A stretch of DNA of 62,717 nt from Saprolegnia diclina VS20 (taxonomy: Eukaryota): the NCBI RefSeq assembly GCF_000281045.1, contig NW_008246088.1, positions 284,974 through 347,690 of the forward strand. The letters are read 5' to 3'. A program made the position numbers and the translations under genes. Below the pieces are notes generated by a model. It saw only the letters and a program-made list of their open reading frames with translations, was not told the DNA's origin and made no database searches. Positions 12,394 to 23,185 of this stretch are shown here, piece after piece. Numbering within the stretch: position 1 is the first letter of the stretch; each line of letters begins with the position of its first letter.

Positions 12394-13204
12394 GTCGAAA
12401 TCTTGGTTTGTGGCTGCGCCGAAATGGCCTGTTTTTCGAACGGCCGGATATCGAACCACTGTCTTTTTGTACCCGGCTGGCATGGAACGGCCCGCCAGAT
12501 CTTGCAAGGACGCGCGACCGCTCCGACGCGAGCGCGGTCCGCGCTGGCATGGCCACGCGGCGCAAGAGGAGCTATGGCCATGGCGCAACAAGATTGACGA
12601 TGACGTGGTGGAGCCAGCGCTCGGCTCGCTTGCGCTTCATATTTCTTCGAAAGGTTCGATCGGCGGACCGAACTTGACACACGATTGGCCTGGCATGGCC
12701 GCGCTGCCATGCTCAGCGAATAGCATGGCCTGCGAGCCTGGTCATGCCAGCGTCGAAGTTGGGACGCTGCGCGTGGGTACAGTGGCGTAGGTCGTATCGC
12801 CTGTCCGGCCATGTCGAGATTGCACTGGCCTCTGGCGTGCAGTAGAAGCGACGGTCGAGCCAGCGCTCGTCGACATAGCATGCGTCCGCGTACCCATGTC
12901 TGCTGGGACAAAACACAAGCGCACTCACACGGCAAGCACATAAACACGGCGACGCTGGACCACGCATCCTAGCGTCCACGCGCCAAGCCGGCTTCGTACT
13001 ACTGGGCTTAATGGACGTCGGCGCTGGCGAGCTTCCGCATGCGATGCTCGCGGACGTCGTCGGACTTGCGATCGTCGGTCGTTGGCCGTGCCACGTCGCC
13101 GGCTGGACCGATTTGACTGGGCGTTTGTATGGGGTTGCCCTTCGGTGCACTTTTTTTTGTCACGTCCCGATGACACGCAGTTGCGAATTCGCCTCCAAGT
13201 GCCC

Positions 13205-13741
13205 ATGTCGTCGACGTACTCGATCGAGGAGCTCATCGCGATGCCGGTGCTCGAGCGCTACGAAGCGTTCCGGGCGATCGAGAACGTGGCCGAGCGGCGC
13301 GCAGTGACCGCTCAAGTGCACAAGGAGATCGTGGTGACGTGGAAGCAGCACCCGCGCTGGGGCGGCATGGCCGCGCACCTCGTGCAGGACATCCACCCGT
13401 ACTACCGGTCGGGCTTTGAGCGTCTCATGCGTGCGTGCGAAGCCAAGCGCGAGGTTGATAAGACCAAGTTCCGCCACCTCAACAACAGTTTGCACCACCA
13501 CCACAGCATCGAGGACCACGCGTGGTTCCCGCGCCTCAAGGAAGGCCACGAGGAGTTCATCCCCGAGATCCGGCAGCTCGAAGCCGACCATCGCAACCTC
13601 GTCGTCCTCGAGAAGCGCGTCATGACTGGCGACTTTGCCGCGCTCGCCGAATTTTACCACGGCCTCATCGACCACCTCAACCGCGAAGAGATGATCACGG
13701 TGCCATGGCTCCTGGATGGCACCGGCGCGCTCTACTTTTAA
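13205..13741 (+). CDS. Hemerythrin (HHE cation-binding) domain protein, intronless
   Basis: His-containing first helix (IHPYY), then LHHHHSIEDHAWFP, LEADH and HLNREE..VP: the paired HxxxE di-iron pattern. Confidence 0.8.
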   Translation: MSSTYSIEELIAMPVLERYEAFRAIENVAERRAVTAQVHKEIVVTWKQHPRWGGMAAHLVQDIHPYYRSGFERLMRACEAKREVDKTKFRHLNNSLHHHHSIEDHAWFPRLKEGHEEFIPEIRQLEADHRNLVVLEKRVMTGDFAALAEFYHGLIDHLNREEMITVPWLLDGTGALYF

Positions 13742-14365
13742 CCACCTGTATTATCTATATACCTCGAGATTCGTATCGTTCTTCCGGCTGGCAACGTCGA
13801 GGACGAGCGCCCAGCGAGAGAAGGAAGAGAAGCGACGGTGCGATACAGCCTGCGCGTTCTTGGCGGCGGGCTTCGGCCAGAGTCATCTGGGTCAAGAGCT
13901 TGGTCTTGTTGTGCAGTCGAACCAGCCATGGCAGCTTGGGAGTCGAACTTGACAGTGCTGCATCGATCGGCCATGGCGGTCATCGAATGTTCGATCGAAC
14001 CTTCCATTGTGATACTCGACCTTGCCCTTTTGTCACCCATCAAAGCGCAGATGAGCAACCCTACAGCTCAAGCTTGGCTACACGTCTCGTCAGCGAGAAC
14101 TCTGCCAACCATTCCGAAGAAGAGCCGACAGTTGCAGGTCTTGAGTGAGCCATTTCGACAACCACAACCCTCTCGACGACCGAGTCTCATGGTGAAGGAA
14201 ATACGTTGACGGCGTGGGGTTGACGACAAGCGTGCGCTCAGACCTGCAAGTTGTCGTGCTTGCTGGTGGGCTTTGCAGCAGCCATTTCCATCAGAGGCCA
14301 ATGCGACACATGGGAGCTCACCCACTCGGCTGTGCGATAGAAAAAGAGGGAGTAGCTACGTTCAT

Positions 14366-17300
14366 TCACAGTTTGGTCACGGGCTTGGGGAGGCTCATGC
14401 GACTCGCGGGGGCTCGGAGCGACGACGTCAATGATTTGCCGGGCGGCCGCAGTCCCGTCGTCGATAAGCGCGGTGTCGCAGCGATCTGCGGTGCCGCACT
14501 CACGCTTCGCGACCGGGTTGGTGTCGTCGGCGGCTGCAACAGCGAGCGCGTTGGCGGTGCGAGCGCCGAAGCCGTCATGGGCTTGCGCACGCCATTGGGC
14601 ACAGCACTTGACGACGCGCGTGTCCGTGGCATCGTCAACGACGGGCGCGGCGACTCGGGTTTCTTCTTGAGCGCTTTCGGGGAGCCCGACCGCGACGAGA
14701 CGGGCGACTCGGGGCGCGATGACGTCGTCGACGATGTCTCGGACGGCGTGCGGTTGGTCGTCGATATGGACGTGCGAATGCGCGGCGGCATGTGCAGTGC
14801 CGACGGCGTCGGCGCCAACGACGTGGGTTTTTGCAGGGTGGTCTCGGACCGTCGTTTGGGGAGCGACCCGTACACCGACGACCGGCGCACCGTCATCGAC
14901 TTGGAGCGCTGCTCGGTCGGCGCGTCGTTGGCTGCAGCCCACGCCGCCTCGTCGTCCTTGCGCTGCCGGTCGCGCAGCAAAACCATCTCGATCGCGGTCG
15001 CAAAGTCATCGAGGAGCGCGGTTTTCGCGCGCTGCCAGTTGAGCTGGTACGCGACGACGGCAGCCCAGTCGGAGGGTGACACGACAATGTCATCGCCAAT
15101 CGGGTCGTCCCAGAAGAAGGCGTCGTCGTCGCCTTCGAGGTGCGCAAACGATACATCCAGCATGCAAAATGCGCTGTCAAACTCGGCCAGCGACGCCTGC
15201 GAGTCGTACCTACGCCCAACGATTGGACCAAGAACAAATGACGCGACGTGCGTACTCGGAGGATGCGAGGAGGTCATGACAGTCTTGGATCCACCAGCCA
15301 AGCGGCACGTAGAGCGCTTCCATGGCGTCGTGGGCGTCCAACGACGTCGGGAACTCCGTCTCGAAACCATCAAAGAACCCGGCGCGGTCGATCGCCTCGG
15401 GCTCAAACGGCTCGGTCTCGTCGTCGCCTTCTTCGTTGCCTTCTTCGACGATCGAGGCCCGCGGCAAAGGAGCGTCGTGCTTGGGCCACTCGACGCCGCC
15501 ACTCGACACATCGCTGTTACGGCGGCTGTGCACGCGACTAGCACCACACAGTGTCTGTCAACTGTACTTCAAACCATGCACTTCGTACCTCCAGCCGTCG
15601 TCGACGCGCTCGAGGTACTCGTCGTCTTCCGGGAACATTTCGTCAAAATCACTGGCAAAGCGCCCGCGGAAGAAACTACGACATGCGATAAGAACACGAT
15701 AATCACAGGCATCGAGGATCGACCTGTGGCGTGACGACGCCTCGTCCTCGCTCGTCGCAACGTCGTCATGCACTTCGAGCTGGAATGTTTCCGCCGCATC
15801 CTTGCCGGGCGCGTCCTCCTCGTGGTCCATCGTCGGCCACATCTCATCGAGGTCGTCGACCGGCTCACTGCGCGGTGTTTCCACGCGGCTGTCTTCGTAA
15901 ATCGTGATGGCTTCGTCCTCCTTGACATCGTCGAAAGGCGCGTTGGCTTCGATCTCAAAGGCATCGACGACAGCATCGTCATCGGTCGTGAGGTCGATCG
16001 AAGGCAGCGATACGTCGTCCGTGGCTACTTCATCGTTCTCGACGGGAACCTCCACGGCCGCTGGGACCAGCTCAGTCGTCGCGCCCTCGGTCGCCGCTGG
16101 AGCCATCGCGTCGATGATGTCTTCGTCGGCCGGTCTCTCGTCGGGTGTATCGTACACTTGGGCGTCGACAATGTGGTGGGAGAGCACGGCCGTATCGGAG
16201 GGCGGCTCGAGGGAAAAGTACTCGAGCGGGTGGCTGCCGAGGATGTCGTAGACCGTGTTACCAAGCACGGGCACCGTCACGCGTGGAGACGCCTCCCATG
16301 ACAAGGCGTGGATGCTGCCTTCGCTGTCACTGTCACCGAGCACCGCAGGACGTCGCGGAGGCCCGTCGCTATCGTCGTCTGCGTCCTCGTCGGCCTGTTC
16401 ATCGACAAAGAACCAGCTTTGCTTGGCACCGACGTCTTCATCCGCGGACTCTTCTTCGCGAAACCCAGCTGCGTCCAAAGGCATGACGTCGCCGAGCACT
16501 GGGTTGGCTTCTTCGATGGCGGGCTGGTCATCGTCAAAGATCACGAGGTCTTCGGCGCTGACGTCCAAGATGTTGACGTCCACGCTCTCGTCAGCTGGTG
16601 CTTCTTCCGTCTCGGTGGTCTCTGTCTCGATCGTCGGCGTCTCGATCGTCGGCGTCTCGGGGACCGTGTCGATCAGAGGTTTCTCGTCCGTCACAGGTGT
16701 CAGTGTCTCTGCGTCTGCAAGCGTTGGTTGCAGCTCAATGTCATCAGAAGCTGACGCGTCGTCCACTGGGAACGCATCCACCACCGGCGTCGGCTCGTCC
16801 TTCATCGTTGCGACCCGCCGTTGCCACGACTTGGGCGGTGCCGCGACTACGATATCATCATCGCCATTGACGTCGCGCGACAGCGCCGCTTTCTTGCGCA
16901 ACCACGGCTTGGCCGTCGATGCGTTCACGCTCGCGTCATCATTCTCTGCTGTGACCACGGCACCAGAGCCGCTGCTGGTTGCAGGCGTGTCCTGGCCGAC
17001 CGCTTTTCGCACCCATGGCTTGGTCGCCATCGGTGTCGCTTTGCTCGTCGCCCCGTCCGTCCCATCGACGCTAGCTGCCTCAATCACCGACGACGCAACG
17101 ACCGTCGGCGGCGGCGCGGCGCTGTCAACTGGAGGCGGTGCGTCCGCTTGTCGCTGGTCCGCGTCCGGCTTTGTGCGCTGCCATGGCTTGAGCACGCCGC
17201 TTTTCTCCAAATTGGCCTTGCGCTCGAGACCCTTGCCTTTTAGCAGCGAGCTTCGAGGCTTGGGGGGCGCAAGCATCGCTTCGTCGTCGTTGACGACCAC

Positions 17301-19730
17301 CGGCTTTGGTGGCGACGCCACGATGGGAACCGACGGAAACTTGTCGGCAACGATATCTGCCAGCGTCTCGGGGGCGCCGCTTGCGAGCCAGGACGGGATC
17401 GACGCGCCGTCGTAATGGCCGAGGATGTTGGTCAAGATCTGCGTCGACGCGTCGCGAACCTTGGTCGCGCGATGGCTCGTAAGCTGTACGAGGGCGTCGC
17501 AGAGGCGCGGGCTGGCCCTTGGGACGCCTTTGGTGCGTGGCATCGCGCTCGCAAACCACGTGACAAGGCGCGCAGTCCCCAGCTCCGTCATGTGCAAATC
17601 GACGATGGCCGTCTCGAGGCTGTTGAGCACCAAGATGATGTCGAGAATGTCGAACCAGTCGTGTAGATGCGTCTCGAGCGTTGCAACCGCGCCCTTGGAT
17701 CGCTCCTACGCATCGCGAATAGGTATCCAGACGACGACGACAACAACGTACTTGGAAGAGCGCAAAGAAGGGCGGCAGCAAGTGCTCCATGTGCGGAGCG
17801 AGGAGGTCGCCCGCTGACGCCATGAAGCTCTTGACAAACGGCATGAGTCGTAGAAAGGACGGAAGGACCTTGGCGTGCAGCGCATGGCTGGCCTTGATCT
17901 CGAGCATCTCCATTGTGCGCTTCATGTCCGGGACGCTGAGCCCGTGGAGCTCCAAGTAATGGAAGAGCTCTTCGAGCAGGTCGAGCTGGAGCAGCCACAT
18001 CATGCTCACGTCGCTGAGCTCGGCCAGCATCTCGTCCAAGCGGGATGCGTACTTGGGCAACGACGAGTCGTCGTCGTCCTCGGCGTGCGCGGCCGCAAAG
18101 TCAGGCACTTGGTTGGTGACAATCGGCGCGTCTTCTTCAAACGAGCACCGGCGACGCAATACGAGCGGCTCCCAGTCGCTGCACGCACTGCTCGAGCGCG
18201 TCTCGCGCGACACGATCTTGTCGACGTCGAGCAAGCCTACGTTCTGCAACTGAAGACGCTACAACGCAAGACGCGGTGCGTACCGCTAATCGGTGGGCTA
18301 CTCGTTGCCCGCGCCGCATCGACCCTTGGGCTTTCGGATGCCATAGCTTCTTGCGGCGGGTCCATCGACAACGACCAGCCAGCCTGTGTCGGGCTTTGGT
18401 TGGGCGTCGCCGAGTGGCTGGACGTCGTTTCGGGCTGCTCCTCGAGTTCCTTCTCGACCACCGACGCAGGTTTGATCGGACGGTCGTCCCAGGATTCCAT
18501 CGCTCGTTGAATGGGCCGCTCGTCCAAGAAGGCATTTGGCGCTGGCTTGATCGGTCGGTCCTCCCACGAGGTAGAAGCGGGTTGAAGAGGCCGTTCGTCC
18601 CACGCCTGTGCCGTCTCGACAACCATTTCTGCAGCGTCGTTGGCAGGTGCGCTGCGGATCGGTCGGTCGTCCCACGCGGCGACGGCAGTGGGTGATGACG
18701 CCGGTGCATCATCCATGATTGTCGGCTCGTTGTGCATAGGTGCTGGGTCGAGCTGTTCGTCAACGATCGACGGAGGACTCGTCGATGGCGCTCGAATCGG
18801 GCGGTCATCGTACGAGACGGGAGATGCGGCAACCGGCGCCGCGGACTTTGCAATGAGCGACGCCATCTTTTCGGGCCCGGCCGGTCGAATGGGCCGATCG
18901 TCCCACGACTCGTGCTTTGCGAGCTCTGGCTGCGGAGGTCGTTCGTCGGCGTCGATTGACTGGCGTTCGTCTGCTGCTGGTGCCGGTTCGCTCATCGCAG
19001 GTGGCGCGTCGCTTGCCGTGTCTATGTCGTCGTTCTCATGCAGCACGAGCGTCTGTTGCAGAACTATGTGGGCGGGTTGCAAAAGCTGCAGGTTGTTGTG
19101 GTGCGAGAGCTTCCACATGACCCACGCTTGCTCGTGGAGCTTGATCCAGTCGCCGGACCGAATCTCGCCCGCGACTTCTTGGTGCTGCGTAATGACGTCG
19201 ACTTGGTCGCTCTCGCGGTCGGGCCACTGCCGGACGACGATCGTCGCGTTCTCGGGCAGCGTCGGGTTCATGAGGAAGCGCATACCGTCGGCAATGCGCT
19301 CGGCCATCGCAACTGTATCGCTTGCGCGGACGTAGAACTGGTCGCCTTGGTACATGACGAGGAGCGTCGCATCCTCGCTCGTCGCAATCACGCCGAGGTA
19401 GGCGTCGGTCTCGAGCAGCAAATGCTCGTCCGTCTTGGCGTGGCGCAGCGGCGTCTCGGGGTAGGCGAACACAATGTGCTCGAGCGCCGTCGTCTCCCAT
19501 GGCACGAGCAGTGGCATGTCATCGGGGGTCGTGGCCATCACATGGCCTTCCTGCTGCTGCCAGAGGATGCGGAGCCATGGGCGGCCGGGCGTCGGGGCCG
19601 ACGTGACCGCGATGACGTCCGAGATGCTCAGGCGCAGCGCCGAGGTTTCGTCCGCGGACGCGCTCGGCGCCGCTCGCACGCGCAGCTGCGCGCCCCGCGG
19701 CAAGGACGGCGAGACGCAGTACCAGCGCAT
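14366..19730 (-). CDS. Very large multi-exon protein: N-terminal SH3b-like domains, D[DE]RP repeats, HEAT/TOG-like region, KPW repeats, acidic region, Ser/Pro/Arg-rich tail
   Basis: ORFs 18237-19751, 17125-18249, 15558-17633, 15210-15533 and 14366-15547 join through about 45-50 nt GT-AG introns; 3' end may extend to about 14238. Confidence 0.7.
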
Positions 19731-20037
19731 GCTGCTGTTTTCCAATCGCAAACCGTTTCCCAGTCAATATATCGCATACAATTGATCTTTTTATTGCACC
19801 TTGGTCTTTGTATCGGAATGCGATATTTTTATGTCCCGACCCACCCGCAAGCCTTTCTGACCCTCGACGCCGTCGCCCCTAATGCGTCTCTCTCTAGTCT
19901 CATAGTATTGCTCATAATAGACAATATTGTACATACGATACCACAATGTCCACGCTGCAACTCGCAAAGCTGTCCAGTCGCCTCTGCAAATTACGGTAAA
20001 TTCACTTGTACGTCAAAAAGTGACTGTATCACCATAT

Positions 20038-20109
20038 GGGGGTATAGCGCAGTGGTAGCGCGTCCGCTTTGCATGCGGAAGGCCCCGGGTTCGACCCCCG
20101 GTTCCTCCA
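20038..20109 (+). tRNA. tRNA-Ala (anticodon UGC)
   Basis: GGGGGTA acceptor stem with G3:U70, D-arm GCGC/GCGC, anticodon arm TCCGC-TTTGCAT-GCGGA, T-loop TTCGACC, followed by GTATTTTT Pol III terminator. Confidence 0.95.
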
Positions 20110-20301
20110 GTATTTTTCATATATTTTTTCAGAAAACCAGCGCCGCAAACGGCACGTAGAGGAAACGCTGAGAGCAATGCGAAGACGAGACCAAGCACGT
20201 ACAGCTCCATCTGGCGCAAGGCGCGCGACCCGTGCACGGTCACACACGTTGAAAAATCCTCTGCCGAATTCATTTTGTAACTTGCGCCGAAACCCGCCAG
20301 C

Positions 20302-21266
20302 ATGACCGTCTACGCCACGGCGCGCGCCGACGTGTATGCCGAGATGTCGGCGCCTGTCACCGCCTTTGACGGCCGCAAGATCGCTTCTGTGGCGTGCGTG
20401 CACCTCACTGCTAGCTTGCGTGCCTTATATTGGCTGCCCTAGCGCCAACTTTGCACTGCCGCCGACCGTAATGGCGCCGACGCCGATGCCGTACCCGCTC
20501 TTGGGTGAGAATGATGTCGTCCGCTTGATCTGCTCGCCACTGCCGCCGGTACAACGTTGCATGCAGTACCAAGCAGTAAGGTGCCATGATGCAAGTAGGC
20601 GGCAGCAGCGCTCAGCCGGCGCATTGGTGAAGAGATCGCGGCCATCTTTGACTCCGAAGCTGCGACAAAGACGTATGTCAACACGGAAGCCTCCATGCAC
20701 GTGACGCTCTTCCACACGTCGCACCCGGACGCGTGCTTGCCCTTCTCGCCGGCCCTCCGCGCCGAAGGTAGGTAGACGCTACAGTATGCATTGGGCAAGA
20801 CCATGCGCTGCAGAGGTGCAGACACTCAAGGCGCTCATCTCGAGCACGCCGGCCTTCGAGTTGACGATTCACAGCGTGATCCTCGCGGCCTCGGGCACCG
20901 TTCTGCTGCTGTTTGACGACCCGACCAACGCTGTCCAGCACCTACGGTATGCCGCATCACTTCGACGGACGATGATGCAACATTGATGTTTGTCGCAGGA
21001 GCCGCGCCAAGGCGACGTTCGGGTCTGCGCTGCGCCATCCGAACCACATCATCCACTCGACGCTGTCGCGCGTGCTCACCGACACGGTGTCGCCGGCGTG
21101 CTTGGCGGCGGCCGCCGCACGCTGCCAGCAGCTCACGGCCGAGCTCGCGGCGCAAACCGTCGCGATTGAGTCAATCTGGTATGTGGAGGAGACGCACTTT
21201 TACTCGGCGGGCAGCGGGCAGCACGAAAAGATCACGTTCGGCACCGCATTGGCTTCGGTGCAGTAG
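20302..21266 (+). CDS. 2H phosphoesterase superfamily protein (cyclic phosphodiesterase-like), multi-exon
   Basis: Two HxT motifs, MHVTLFH and IIHSTLSR, about 85 aa apart after splicing. Confidence 0.7.
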
Positions 21267-21960
21267 AGAGCGCTAGCGTCTAACGTCTCGCACGAGTTCA
21301 ACGAGGTCGTCTCCTTCTTCTCTTCTTTGCGGATGCAGCGAGAGAAGCCGAGACGAGCGCGACGTACCGAGACTTGTGCAGCACAAGTACTGCAAGACCA
21401 CGGGGGATGCGAACGAAGCGTGTCTACTGGATGACCCGCAATGATCATGCACCGCTCGCGATTGCACGCACTTTGCTCAGACACCTCAGTCTCGCTCGCC
21501 AACCACCACCTCTTGCAACCACCCGCAAACGCCACACTCACGTTCGCGGTTCCTGGAGCCGCCACGTCATACGAAGGCAAGCCGCCCGTCTCTTGTGTAG
21601 TAGATCAAACGGCTGCGCTGGCACCCCACACTCTCTGGCGCCAGTGCGAGTGAACAATGGCGAGTCGGCTACTTCAAGTGCGGAGCCTCGCCTTCGCCTT
21701 CGTCTTTGGGTCGACACCGTGTCTCTGCCGCACCACCAGCTCGGACGCACCAGGTGGCAATTAGGGCAACAACGTCCCACTCTGCTCTTGAAGCCGCGCT
21801 TCAAAGTTATCCGGTTGCCGGTGCCGGCAACAGCCTCTTTTAATACAAATATTCAATTCAGTATACAAACCTTGCGTATACCGTGCATAATAAAAATCGA
21901 GCCCATCGTCGCCAGCCGGTGGCGATCCCTGGAAGCCTTGGAAAAGGTCATCTCGCGAGC

Positions 21961-21975
21961 GTCATTTCCAGTTTC
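21961..21975 (+). promoter_or_regulatory. Oomycete INR+FPR-like core promoter
   Basis: GTCATTTCCAGTTTC 30 nt upstream of ATG 21991, resembling the oomycete TCAYTYY..CAWTTT core element. Confidence 0.5.
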
Positions 21976-21990
21976 AACTCCGAGTCCAGA

Positions 21991-23147
21991 ATGGTGCAGA
22001 TTGCCGACCTCCCGGTCATTGACCTCGCCAAGTACATGGCCGACCGCGCCAACGGCGTCGACCAGTGCAACGTCGTTGCTGACTGCTTGCACAAGTACGG
22101 CGTTCTTGTCGTCCGCGACCCGGTAGACTTGTCGCTGCCAAAGCTTGCGACTAACTAGAGTGTCTTGTAGCGCGCGACCGAAGCCAACAACAACACGTTT
22201 GTCGACATGATGGAGCGCTATTTCGAGCAGACGGACTTTACGCAAGACGCGCGCCCGGAGCTGAGCTACCAGGTTGGCGTCACGCCCGAGCACCAGGAGC
22301 GCGCGCGCAACCACTGCTCGCGCGCCGAAGCCCTCGCCAAGGAGCACCAGCCCGTGACGTTGTGCCCGCCCGAACTCGACAAGAAGAGCCGCTTCTTCTG
22401 GCGCACCGGCCCCCGCCCGCCGGTACGCGCCTCCCTCCACGACCGCCACCATCTCATCTATCTCTTCTCTAGACGACACAGTTTACGGAGCTCAACGCCG
22501 AGCCGGTCGTGCCGACGGCGTTCCCCGAGTGGGAAGCCACGATGGACATGTGGGGCGAGAAGATGCTCGCGGCCGTCCACGAGCTCGTCGAGATGGCGGC
22601 CATCGGCCTCGGCCTCGAGAAGGATGCTTTCCAAAAGCGCATGCAGCACGGCCCCCACTTGCTGGCGCCAACGGGCAGCAACTTTGCCAAGTACGGCAAC
22701 CTCAACGACGTGCTTGCAGGCTACCACTACGATCTCAACCTGCTCACGATCCACGGCAAGTCGCGCTTCCGCGGCCTCTACATCTGGCTCCGCAACGGCG
22801 AGAAGGCGCTCGTGCGCGTGCCGGACGGCTGCCTCCTCGTGCAGGCCGGCAAGCAGATCGAGTACCTCACGGGCGGGTACCTTGTCGCGGGCTTCCACGA
22901 GGTCGTCGTCACCGAGCAGACGCTCGAGGACATTGCGGCGCGCAAGGCACTTGGCAAGAGCCTCTGGCGCGTCTCGTCGACGCTCTTCTCGCACATCAAC
23001 TCGGACGACGTGCTCCAGCCCATTGGCCGCTTTGCGACGCCAGACGCGTTGGACAAGTACCCGCCGATGCTCACGGGCCACCACGTGCGCAAGGAGCTCG
23101 AGTACATTGAGCTCGGGAAGGGCTTTACGCTCCAGCGCGACGACTAA
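21991..23147 (+). CDS. 2-oxoglutarate/Fe(II)-dependent dioxygenase (IPNS-like fold), 3 exons
   Basis: LPVIDL N-terminus, HYDLNLLTIH (HxD), GFHEV, WRVSSTLF (RxS). Confidence 0.9.
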
Positions 23148-23185
23148 ACCTTCTTATCTAATTCCTCTTTTGATACCACCAAGTG

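Noticed and set aside
13745..14230. Possible extra exons or a small gene between hemerythrin and the giant gene
   Set aside because: I could not build a consistent splice path or find a motif
18465..18960. Repeat-spacer pattern superficially like a CRISPR array
   Set aside because: Repeats are conserved at peptide level inside an open frame, spacing is irregular, the context is eukaryotic and there are no cas genes
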